DNA from: Pseudomonadota bacterium
GTDB taxonomy: Bacteria; Pseudomonadota; Alphaproteobacteria; Rhodobacterales; Rhodobacteraceae
Length of the DNA stretch: 64,000 nucleotides
Direction of reading: 5' to 3'
Assembly (NCBI GenBank): GCA_036337105.1
Contig: JAYZEV010000005.1
Span: forward strand, 3,084 to 67,083
Shown piece after piece: positions 56,401 through 64,000 of this stretch. Position 1 is the first letter of the stretch. Each line of letters begins with the position of its first letter. The notes below the pieces were generated by a model. It was not told the DNA's origin. It ran no database searches and worked only from the letters and a program-made list of their open reading frames with translations. Both the position numbers and the translations under genes were made by a program.

Positions 56401-57222
56401 TCACCTGAACCAGTGCGGAGATGATTGTCCTAATTTTCCACCGCTCCGGATAGACACAGCTCGATTAGCGTGTCCAGTAGCCGAAACTTCTAATAGGACT
56501 CCGCACAAAGTGGCCTCACCCTTTGCTGGAGAGAAGCGACCACTTCTCATTCCGGTAACAAACCGAGAAATTGGTTCTAGCTTGTCCATTCCGATAACAC
56601 TATTATAGTCACCGCACATCCCAGCGTCAGACTGGAACGCGGTCCCTTTATCTAAAATTTGAAGATCAGATGTCGGAATATGCGTATGTGTTCCGACGAC
56701 TAAGGTTACTCTACCATCACACCAATGCGCAAGCGCCATTTTCTCCGATGTTGCTTCCGCATGCACATCCAACACTATTGCATCAATATTTTTACTCAGT
56801 GTAATACCATTTAACGCAGCTTTTACCGCTTGAAATGGATCGGAGAAATTGTTTTTCATAAATACTTGTCCGAGAACCTGAAGGACCAGCACTCTCTTGC
56901 CAGAGTCAGTATTAAATATTCGGCGTCCATGCCCAGGGGCAACATTTGCAAAATTCAGAGGTCTAATTATTCGGGTGTCTTGTTCAGAAAATGCAATCAT
57001 TTCTCGATGATCGAATGCATGGTCTCCCAAAGTTATACAATCAACCCCAGCTGAGAAAATTAATTTCGCATGTTCTATATTCAAACCAGCTCCACCAGTA
57101 GCGTTTTCAGCATTCGCTATTACAAAATCTACTCTCCACTCATTTCGGAGTCTCTTCAACTGGTTGTTTAACGCGGTTCTACCGCTTCGGCCAACTATGT
57201 CACCAAGAAATAATATATTCAT
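56401..57222 (-). CDS. YmdB-like metallophosphoesterase (TIGR00282 family)
   Basis: MNILFLGDIVGRSGR...ANAENATGGAGL...TLGDHAFD...VGTHTHIPT are calcineurin-like metal-binding motifs in YmdB order. Confidence 0.8.
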   Translation of the reverse strand: MNILFLGDIVGRSGRTALNNQLKRLRNEWRVDFVIANAENATGGAGLNIEHAKLIFSAGVDCITLGDHAFDHREMIAFSEQDTRIIRPLNFANVAPGHGRRIFNTDSGKRVLVLQVLGQVFMKNNFSDPFQAVKAALNGITLSKNIDAIVLDVHAEATSEKMALAHWCDGRVTLVVGTHTHIPTSDLQILDKGTAFQSDAGMCGDYNSVIGMDKLEPISRFVTGMRSGRFSPAKGEATLCGVLLEVSATGHANRAVSIRSGGKLGQSSPHWFR

Positions 57223-57270
57223 AAAAGGGCATTAGCCCGTAATAAGCGTAATTTCAAGGTGCATCAGCCT

Positions 57271-57849
57271 TCAACCAAAAAATCTTATGCCTTCTTCAGT
57301 TAAGACGCCATCTACTTTACAGTCCCAATTATCGACTGGAAGTGGCTCACAAGACAACTGTCCTGCATAAGCACAGCCAAATACCAAAATGTTCCTTTCA
57401 GCAGAAAGCTTCCCGATGGTCCTATCGTAAAATCCGCCACCATAACCAAGTCTATTGCCAACTATATCATAGCTTAAAAGCGGACAAAGAATTAAATCGG
57501 GCTCTATGAATTCTCCATCTCTAGGCACTCTAATCCCAAACTTTCCAGTTACTAGCTCGGATCTTGAGTCCCAATACTTGAATTTAAGAGGATGGTTAAT
57601 TTCTAAAACCACTGGCAAGCAGAGAGTGATTCCAATGGAGCTTAGTGATTCCAATGCCGGTAGAACATTTATCTCCGTATTTATAGGCATATATCCTGCC
57701 ACTACTTTAATTTGTGGTTTAGATTGAAGAAAATCGAGGAGGAATGTCTGTAACTTTTGTGCAGCACTCTTAGAGCCCTTCGAATGTAAATGCTGCCGCG
57801 CTTTACGAGCAACTTGTCGTACAGTGATCTTGTTTGAATGAGGTGACAA
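57271..57849 (-). CDS. 5-formyltetrahydrofolate cyclo-ligase
   Basis: 192 aa with conserved C-terminal segments (DLILCPLLSYDIVGNRLGYGGGFYDR). It appears to start with TTG. Confidence 0.8.
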   Translation of the reverse strand: MSPHSNKITVRQVARKARQHLHSKGSKSAAQKLQTFLLDFLQSKPQIKVVAGYMPINTEINVLPALESLSSIGITLCLPVVLEINHPLKFKYWDSRSELVTGKFGIRVPRDGEFIEPDLILCPLLSYDIVGNRLGYGGGFYDRTIGKLSAERNILVFGCAYAGQLSCEPLPVDNWDCKVDGVLTEEGIRFFG

Positions 57850-57864
57850 AATATACCCTAGCTT

Positions 57865-58040
57865 AAAAAACTAACGGTGGGACCGGAAGAACCGTAAAGA
57901 GTTCTAATCCTTGAGAGCCTGGAAAACCAGGTGGGTGCCGGATAATCAAGGCCACAACCGAAAACAGAGCCAGCTCCCTTTCAAGAACTTAAGGCCACTA
58001 GGATGTAGGTCTTGTACGAAAACCCCAGAACCACCGAAAA
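57865..58040 (-). ncRNA. ssrS: Candidate 6S RNA (ends approximate)
   Basis: A GC-enriched, non-coding stretch lies directly upstream of the 5-FCL gene, matching the conserved ssrS-ygfA synteny. The minus-strand 5' arm GGTGGTTCTGGGGTTTTCGTA pairs imperfectly with the 3' arm TACGGTTCTTCCGGTCCCACC. Internal helices (AGTTCT/AGAACT, CCTGG-TTTT-CCAGG) and a 3' T-run are present. A TAATAT -10-like box lies at 58045-58050. Confidence 0.4.
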
Positions 58041-58103
58041 CAGGATATTACAAAAATTTTTACTATGAAAGTAAAAATCTAAGACTAAATATACTCTTAT
58101 TTT

Positions 58104-58307
58104 CTATTGCGAGTTCTCTTTTTCAGTGATTGAGCGGGCTTTCTTCGACGCTACTTGGATCTCCTCAGCTATTTCATCCGCTTCGTCAGGAGTGAAATCT
58201 AAGGCCACCTCAGCATCGGTGCTATATATAAAAAACCTTACCATTCCCAATGTTGTAGGACCTATCTGTAGATCGGCGGTTATCTGACTTTGTTTGTTTA
58301 TGTTCAT
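58104..58307 (-). CDS. Hypothetical small protein (67 aa)
   Basis: ATG-initiated ORF on the same strand as its neighbours, with an acidic C-terminal half. No family recognised. Confidence 0.35.
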   Translation of the reverse strand: MNINKQSQITADLQIGPTTLGMVRFFIYSTDAEVALDFTPDEADEIAEEIQVASKKARSITEKENSQ

Positions 58308-58543
58308 TTATTATTCTTCCTACTAAATAGTTTGCCGAACAGTTTTCAGAGACTTGCGGTTAAAAGCAAAATTTAAGGCTCTGGCGCGGGTATAGCCACT
58401 CCTTATCGCATCAGAATGTTAATGGTTGGTTCAATACTTATAAATCGAACAATCAAACTAAGCATTTTCTAAAAAAAAACTTACGATTGACCCATTTCTA
58501 TAAATTGTTTTAGAGGTCACCTAAAGATAGAAGTGTCCCCCGA

Positions 58544-59257
58544 CTATATTGGACAGTCAACAAATTTCGTTCCGACGGTCTTCGAAACTTCCTCTATATC
58601 CTCTACTGCCTGGCACACAGCTAATATGTTATTTTTACCTTCAAAGGGATCAGTATCAAAAAGCTCCCTAAATTCACCGAATCCTGCACACCGTTGGACT
58701 GCTCTAACGCACGTGTAAAGGAAGATATCTGAATAAGAACATACCCCTCCTACCATAAAATTATTACTTCCTAGACTTGCCAAGTGTTTTTCTAAAAAGC
58801 TTACTCTTTTTTCGTGCAACAACTTTAAATTTTTAAGGGCAACCGACTTGCCTCCCTCAGCAAGACTATCCGTGAGCCTCAAATTCCTCCAAAAAATCTC
58901 ACTATGACCCGTAATAATATCGTGCAAGGGCGAAAGAACGAATGAATAATAATCATTGCTCCATGCCCAGAGATTGGCAATTGATGCTGCAGCCGAATTA
59001 GATTTAGGTGTTAGCTGACCTTTATATTCATTCACTAAATATTGCACAATTGCCATTGAGTCGTTCAACACGAGACCGTTTGCTTTATCCTTCATCCACG
59101 GAACTGTTCCAAACAAAGCGTCCGTATTGAGCTGGAAATCATTACCCATGGGAGTAGAATGAAGCATATTTAGTTTAATGTCGTGCATCGCACAGATTAT
59201 ATGAACTTGCTCGCCACGTCCTATTATGGGTAGGTACGCAAAGTCAATTTCTCTCAT
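58544..59257 (-). CDS. Glutathione S-transferase-like protein
   Basis: A thioredoxin-like N-domain with the pattern FGTVPWMKD...LVLNDSMAIVQYL (compare VPxLxD...ES.AI..YL), followed by a helical C-domain. Confidence 0.6.
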   Translation of the reverse strand: MREIDFAYLPIIGRGEQVHIICAMHDIKLNMLHSTPMGNDFQLNTDALFGTVPWMKDKANGLVLNDSMAIVQYLVNEYKGQLTPKSNSAAASIANLWAWSNDYYSFVLSPLHDIITGHSEIFWRNLRLTDSLAEGGKSVALKNLKLLHEKRVSFLEKHLASLGSNNFMVGGVCSYSDIFLYTCVRAVQRCAGFGEFRELFDTDPFEGKNNILAVCQAVEDIEEVSKTVGTKFVDCPI

Positions 59258-59405
59258 CTCTAAAATCCCCTTTCCAATCAGTTAGAAATAAACAGTTAAG
59301 ATTTCTAGTAATAGTAGTGTCAAAAGAATATTTCAACCACTGCAGATTCTTTCGAAACTTTTAACCTTGAGTTCAGACCTCAGATACCGTATCCGTATTG
59401 TGAGT

Positions 59406-59482
59406 GCCGATGTAGCTCAGTTGGTTAGAGCACTAGATTGTGGATCTAGGGGTCCCCCGTTCGAGCCGGGGCATCGGTACCA
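59406..59482 (+). tRNA. tRNA-His (anticodon GTG) without encoded G-1; CCA encoded
   Basis: GCCGATG-TA-GCTC-AGTTGGTT-AGAGC-A-CTAGA-TTGTGGA-TCTAG-GGGTC-CCCCG-TTCGAGC-CGGGG-CATCGGT-A-CCA. The base at -1 is T, position 1:72 is G:U, and the discriminator is A73. Confidence 0.9.
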
Positions 59483-59535
59483 TCAAAGATACAGTTGCAA
59501 AGTAATTGAAATAGCTTTTATTGATTGGGGGCTAC

Positions 59536-60951
59536 ATGAACAATCTGGAAAACTTGGTTTCAACAAGAGAACTCCAAGCAATCGATGCGCGACATCATAT
59601 ACACCCTTTTACTGATACAGCTTATTTAAATAAAGTCGGGGCAAAAGTTATTGTTCGTGGGGATGGCATTTTTCTTTTTGATAATGAAGGTAACAAGTAT
59701 TTAGATGCAATGTCAGGTCTCTGGTGCGTAAATATTGGATACGGTCGCCATGAATTAGCAGAGGTCGCACAAAAACAAATGAGTAATTTAGCCTACTACA
59801 ACACCTTCTTTGGCACAACTCACCCTCCTGCCATAAGGTTATCCGAAAAGTTAGCCTCATTGACCCCCCCAAATTTAAACAAAGTTTTTTTCTGCTCTTC
59901 CGGCTCAGAAGCGAATGATACCAATATCCGTCTGGTTCGTCATTATTGGAGTAGTCTAGGTAAACCAGACAAAAACATAATTCTTTCAAGAAAAAATGCA
60001 TATCATGGATCGTCGATGGGTTCGGCAAGCTTAGGTGGAATGCATTCTATGCATGTGCAAGGTGGAATGCCGATACCAGACATCCTACACGTTAACCAGC
60101 CCTACTGGTACGGAGAAGCTGGCGAGTTGTCCGAGGAGGAGTTCGGTAGAACTCGGGCAAAGGAATTAGAGGAAAAAATCTGTAGTATCGGTGTTGATAG
60201 AATTGCTGCATTCATAGCCGAGCCTATTCAGGGCGCTGGAGGCGTAATAATTCCTCCAAAAAGCTATTGGCCTGAGGTATCACGCATTTGCAAAGAGTAT
60301 GGTGTTTTATTAATCGCAGACGAAGTGATATGTGGGTTTGGAAGAACTGGAAAATGGTTTGGAAGTGATAGTTTCAAGATCCAGCCAGATTTAATGACGG
60401 TGGCTAAGGGTTTATCATCAGGTTATCAACCCATCGGGGGAAGTATTGTTTCAGACAAGATTGCCTCAGTTCTAGAGGACTTTGGCGGAGAGTTTTGTCA
60501 CGGTTATACTTACTCGGGACATCCCGTCGCGGCTGCGGTCGCTCTAGAAAATCTTCGGGTTATTGAAAAAGAAGGGTTGATAACAAAAGTAGAAAAAGAT
60601 ACAGGACCGTATCTTGCATCTAGGTGGCAAGAGCTTTCACAGCACCCAATGGTAGGACAAGCTAGAGTTTTTGGTATGCTGGGAGCCCTGGAGCTGTCAC
60701 CCGATCCCGATAGTCGTGCTTCATTTGAAGCACCAGAAGGTACTGTTGGATTGATAACCCGCGAAATTTGTATTGATAATGGATTAATAATGCGACATGT
60801 GGGAGATAAAATGATTATTTCGCCACCCTTAATGATATCGAGGGAACAGATAGATAGCTTAATTAACCTTGCCTGGTTGTCGCTAGAAAAGTCCCACCAG
60901 GAAATTGTCTCGAGAGGTTTGATGAAAATCGGTGAAAGAAGGGCTGAATGA
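59536..60951 (+). CDS. Class III (omega) aminotransferase, e.g. putrescine/beta-alanine:pyruvate type
   Basis: PLP-fold type I class III motifs (SGSEANDTNIRL; LLIADEVICGFGRTGKWFG; MTVAKGLSSGYQPIG). The ATG at 59536 is preceded by GGGGG. Confidence 0.9.
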   Translation: MNNLENLVSTRELQAIDARHHIHPFTDTAYLNKVGAKVIVRGDGIFLFDNEGNKYLDAMSGLWCVNIGYGRHELAEVAQKQMSNLAYYNTFFGTTHPPAIRLSEKLASLTPPNLNKVFFCSSGSEANDTNIRLVRHYWSSLGKPDKNIILSRKNAYHGSSMGSASLGGMHSMHVQGGMPIPDILHVNQPYWYGEAGELSEEEFGRTRAKELEEKICSIGVDRIAAFIAEPIQGAGGVIIPPKSYWPEVSRICKEYGVLLIADEVICGFGRTGKWFGSDSFKIQPDLMTVAKGLSSGYQPIGGSIVSDKIASVLEDFGGEFCHGYTYSGHPVAAAVALENLRVIEKEGLITKVEKDTGPYLASRWQELSQHPMVGQARVFGMLGALELSPDPDSRASFEAPEGTVGLITREICIDNGLIMRHVGDKMIISPPLMISREQIDSLINLAWLSLEKSHQEIVSRGLMKIGERRAE

Positions 60952-60978
60952 TCGGTAATACCACTAGAGAGGACTACA

Positions 60979-61542
60979 ATGCCAAAAATCAATGGAAATG
61001 AAATACGGCCAAACAACGTTTTAGAACACAACCAGGGTCTTTGGTTAGTTGTTAAGGTCTCACATGTGAAACCCGGAAAGGGGGGAGCGTTCGCACAAGT
61101 TGAATTAAGAAATCTCCGAAATGGTTCAAAACTTAATGAGAGATTTAGGTCAGCAGATAAGGTAGAAAAAATAAGACTAGAACAAAGGGAACAGCAGTTT
61201 TTATATGAATCTGGCGGTGCTCTCGTTTTTATGGATTTAGAAACCTTTGAGCAAACTGAACTGCCAGTTGATATGTTAGGAAAGAAGAGACCTTGTCTAA
61301 GGGAGGGTCTCACAGTCCAAATAGAGTATTACAATTCTGAAGCACTAAATATCACATTACCCGATAAAGTGTCTTGCGTGGTTGTCGAAACTGAGCCAGT
61401 AGTAAAGGGGCAGACTGCATCTAACAGCTTTAAGCCGGCATTATTAGACAATGATCTTCGGATAAATGTACCTCCTTTTATTGAGAAAAATGAACGAATT
61501 ATTATTTCTACCGAGACACTGGACTACGTAGAAAGAGAATAG
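60979..61542 (+). CDS. efp: Elongation factor P
   Basis: 187 aa. GNEIRPNNVLEHNQGLWLVVKVSHVKPGKGGAFAQVELRNL contains the conserved KPGKG loop. Confidence 0.95.
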   Translation: MPKINGNEIRPNNVLEHNQGLWLVVKVSHVKPGKGGAFAQVELRNLRNGSKLNERFRSADKVEKIRLEQREQQFLYESGGALVFMDLETFEQTELPVDMLGKKRPCLREGLTVQIEYYNSEALNITLPDKVSCVVVETEPVVKGQTASNSFKPALLDNDLRINVPPFIEKNERIIISTETLDYVERE

Positions 61543-61555
61543 AACTGAAAAAACT

Positions 61556-62344
61556 ATGTTTAAGACTAGCGCGAACTTAAATATAATGATGAAAACCGCT
61601 CGGATTGCAGCACGGGGACTTTTAAGAGACTTTGGCGAGGTAGAAAACCTACAAGTTTCGTCGAAAGCTGCCGGTGATTTTGTTTCGAAAGCGGATATTA
61701 AATCTGAAAAGATTATTTACGAAGCACTTTCCGGAGCCAGACCAAATTATGGTTGGCTCGCAGAAGAAAGTGATGAAAAATTTGGTAAAGACCCGACTCG
61801 CAAATGGATTGTCGACCCTTTGGATGGTACAACTAATTTTTTACATGGCATACCGCATTGGGCAATCTCAATCGGACTCGAATATAAGAAAGAAATGATT
61901 GCTGCTGTAGTTTATGATCCAATAAAAGATGAAATGTTTACAGCCGAAAAAGGTCAAGGAGCTTGGTTAAATGATAGGCGATTGAGAGTATCTGATCGAA
62001 AAAATATGATCGAAATGCTTTTTGCAACTGGGATGCCTTTCGCAGATAAACCTGGACTTGACGAAACAATCCAAGAGGTAACACGTTTAATGCCGAAATG
62101 TGCTGGAATACGCCGAAATGGTGCCGCAGCATTAGACTTGGTTTATGTGGCAGCTGGGCGATTTGATGGATATTGGGAAAGGGGGCTACAAGCATGGGAT
62201 ATAGCTGCTGGAATTCTTATTGCAAAGGAAGCAGGAGCACTTGTCGAAGCGCTTGACACCAACCAAAATCCACTGAAATCTGGCGATATCATTTGTGCAA
62301 ACAACTTCATTTTTGAAAACTTCGCAGGACTAATTAGGCGTTAA
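61556..62344 (+). CDS. suhB: Inositol monophosphatase family protein (SuhB-like)
   Basis: IMPase motifs (WIVDPLDGTTNF; WDIAAG). Confidence 0.85.
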   Translation: MFKTSANLNIMMKTARIAARGLLRDFGEVENLQVSSKAAGDFVSKADIKSEKIIYEALSGARPNYGWLAEESDEKFGKDPTRKWIVDPLDGTTNFLHGIPHWAISIGLEYKKEMIAAVVYDPIKDEMFTAEKGQGAWLNDRRLRVSDRKNMIEMLFATGMPFADKPGLDETIQEVTRLMPKCAGIRRNGAAALDLVYVAAGRFDGYWERGLQAWDIAAGILIAKEAGALVEALDTNQNPLKSGDIICANNFIFENFAGLIRR

Positions 62345-63139
62345 TTAGAATCTCTCCAAAATTTCAATTTTTGTATTTCCACAAAAGAGTATTTGTCCAC
62401 AGAACTTAAACCTCAAATAGGCTATTGCAAGGTCATTTGATCGGGTAAGCAGGTGCCCAACAGCCTTTTGGCCAGCAATTATCGACAAATCTGAAGTGAC
62501 CAACTCCCCCAGTATCCGAACCTTAGCCAATCCCTTTTGAAGGTCTGCCTTGTGCTTCATTCTTGCGGTAACTTCCTGCCCAACATAACAACCTTTTGAA
62601 AAGCTAACACCGTTTAATCTTTCAAATCCAGCTTCCAAAATATAAGTCTTTTCTTGGATGAGCTCTATACCAGTTTCAGGTATCATCAGATTAACCCTTA
62701 AATCATCATAAAAGTTTTGATTCAATAAGTCATATTGAGAACTCTTTTCGCCTTCAAGGAGATATCTTCTCCATCCCATTTCAGGTGATCGTGGGTCCCT
62801 CAGGGCCTTACTAGGAGTCCCGCAGAATCCAACCAAAACATCACTGCAAAGCAGATTGATTGTTAAATCAGAGCGTAGCTTGTAGATTTTTAGTTTTCTA
62901 ATAAAAGCATCAGAAATGCTGCTTGAGATATCTATTAAAAATCGACTAGGTGAAACCGAGATAATAAAAAAATCAAATAAATATTTTCCTTGTGGGTTAA
63001 GCATAGCCGCATACCTGAGTGATCTTTCACCGTCACCAATGTCGTTAGTTACCAAACCTTGAAGAAATTTTTTTGCATCTGGTCCTTGCAGTTCAATTAT
63101 CTGTCGATCTGGAACCAAAAATGTATCAGACTGATCCAA
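62345..63139 (-). CDS. ygfZ: YgfZ/CAF17 folate-binding Fe-S cluster repair protein
   Basis: An aminomethyltransferase-like fold with the YgfZ signature KGCYVGQE. It appears to start with TTG. Confidence 0.8.
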   Translation of the reverse strand: MDQSDTFLVPDRQIIELQGPDAKKFLQGLVTNDIGDGERSLRYAAMLNPQGKYLFDFFIISVSPSRFLIDISSSISDAFIRKLKIYKLRSDLTINLLCSDVLVGFCGTPSKALRDPRSPEMGWRRYLLEGEKSSQYDLLNQNFYDDLRVNLMIPETGIELIQEKTYILEAGFERLNGVSFSKGCYVGQEVTARMKHKADLQKGLAKVRILGELVTSDLSIIAGQKAVGHLLTRSNDLAIAYLRFKFCGQILFCGNTKIEILERF

Positions 63140-63175
63140 AAAAGTTCCTCCTGTAAAAATCTAAAATTATAATTC

Positions 63176-64000
63176 TTATTTGCTACCGTTTTTTTCTATT
63201 AATTGCGATTTCACCAGCTCTGGATAGTAATTACCTCGTAGCAGCAAATCCTGATGTGTTCCATGCTCTACAATTTGTCCCGACTTCAAAACCGATATCT
63301 TCTCGGCATTTACTATAGTGGAAATCCTATGAGCAACAACTATTGTAGTTCGCCCTGCTGATAACCTTCTCAGCGCAGCCTCTACCATTTTTTCCGATTT
63401 CGAGTCTAGAGCCGAAGTTGGCTCATCCAAAATCAGAATAGGTTTATCTCTAAGAAGGGCTCGAGCAATCAGCACTCGTTGTCTTTGTCCACCAGACAGA
63501 TGTTCTCCTCTCGGTCCTACTCTATAATTCAGACCTTCATCTAAATTCGAAAGAAACTCAGAAACAAATGAGTCCGCAAGTACTTCCTCAAGTTTGCTCT
63601 GAGAGTACGAACTTTGGCCCATTACTATATTTGCGAGAACTGTATCATCAAACAAACTGTTCTCCTGACTTACTATCGAAATGAGACTCCTAAGCTCGCG
63701 AAGATTGATTAACCTAACATCGACATCTCCTATTAATAGCTTACCTTTAGTGGGATCTATCAATCTCGGTATCATGTTTATGAGCGTCGTTTTACCTGCA
63801 CCAGACGCTCCGACAATTGCTGTTATTTTACCTGGTTCGCAATGCAGGTTTATTCCACTTAGCACCTCTTGGGCCCCGTAGGAACAGGATACATCCTGAA
63901 ATTTAATGTCGAGTGTTTTAGACAGGCCAGCTACCGATATCGCCACATTTGAATTTACGATTTTGGGAACCTCATTAAAAATAACGTGAACCTTGTCTAT
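63176..64000 (-). CDS. ABC exporter, fused permease/ATPase (MsbA-like); only the C-terminal NBD and the end of the TMD are in the window
   Basis: Walker A (GASGAGKTT), signature (LSGGQRQR), Walker B (LILDEPTSALD). The frame stays open upstream of the track's start through base 64000 (IDKVHVIFNEVPKIVNSN...), so the gene continues beyond the window. Confidence 0.85.
   Translation of the reverse strand: MDKVHVIFNEVPKIVNSNVAISVAGLSKTLDIKFQDVSCSYGAQEVLSGINLHCEPGKITAIVGASGAGKTTLINMIPRLIDPTKGKLLIGDVDVRLINLRELRSLISIVSQENSLFDDTVLANIVMGQSSYSQSKLEEVLADSFVSEFLSNLDEGLNYRVGPRGEHLSGGQRQRVLIARALLRDKPILILDEPTSALDSKSEKMVEAALRRLSAGRTTIVVAHRISTIVNAEKISVLKSGQIVEHGTHQDLLLRGNYYPELVKSQLIEKNGSK

Noticed and set aside
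57911-58129. 72-aa plus-strand ORF in the 5-FCL upstream gap
   Set aside because: It has no RBS and basic, low-complexity content. It overlaps the region better explained as a structured RNA (the 6S candidate) on the other strand.
59367-59615. 82-aa plus-strand ORF
   Set aside because: It reads straight through tRNA-His (59406-59482). The translation includes the tRNA (…DVAQLVRALDCGSRGPPFEPGHRYH), a classic false ORF.
60510-61313. 267-aa minus-strand ORF
   Set aside because: It is antisense to the 3' end of the aminotransferase gene and the 5' half of efp, both strongly conserved. The translation is S/P/C/F-rich with no recognisable motifs.
1-64000. Search for CRISPR arrays, IS elements/transposases, integrases, prophage or classical defence genes
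   Set aside because: No regularly spaced direct repeats, no transposase-, integrase- or recombinase-like ORFs, and no restriction, toxin-antitoxin or nuclease-helicase gene pairs were recognisable in any frame.

Overview
This is a gene-dense 64-kb chromosomal window from an AT-rich bacterium (about 38-42 % GC by eye). It looks like a free-living alphaproteobacterium for three reasons. It has a circularly permuted two-piece tmRNA gene with tag ANDNYAPVAVAA, a tRNA-His with no encoded G-1 (G1:U72, A73), and an alpha-type SspB. Most of the content is ordinary housekeeping and central carbon metabolism. It includes thrS-infC and a partial inositol-type locus (iolC-iolB-class II aldolase plus Gfo/Idh/MocA and GMC oxidoreductases) next to a ribose-type ABC importer. 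It also includes a MatB-like CoA ligase, thyX, gloA, ssrA-sspB-fumC, ccdA, and a 1145-aa 2-oxoacid:ferredoxin oxidoreductase with a divergent LysR regulator. Further on are xylAB, rlmB, xdhC/mocA-like genes, mgtE, a nucleoside block (cdd-deoA-deoB-upp), and a propionate/methylmalonyl block (prpE, maeB, mcm, pccA, pccB). The window ends with yebC, ymdB, 5-FCL, a GST, a class III aminotransferase, efp, suhB, ygfZ and a partial ABC exporter. I found no CRISPR array, transposase, integrase or recognisable defence gene. The outlier is the region 24.8-31.3 kb. It holds an 844-aa flagellin homologue whose central 540 aa are built from two tiers of internal repeats, preceded by a well-spaced sigma54-type -24/-12 element. 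No flagellar structural, export, motor or chemotaxis gene lies anywhere in the window. Next to it are a TylF-type O-methyltransferase whose ATG is put out of frame by an A8 tract, and a TPR-sulfotransferase fusion protein. I propose this as a candidate flagellin-like filament plus dedicated modification (sulfation/methylation) module. That proposal is an inference and cannot be confirmed from sequence alone. Other points worth a look are a GC-rich xylAB islet abutting the 3' end of tRNA-Tyr, a candidate 6S RNA upstream of the 5-FCL gene, an ATA-initiated infC, a ~150-aa hydrophilic insertion in the ABC permease, an intra-operon terminator after the binding-protein gene, and a phased 15-nt direct repeat in a divergent promoter region. 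There is also a 608-aa membrane protein of unknown function. All coordinates of RNA ends and start codons are by-eye estimates.
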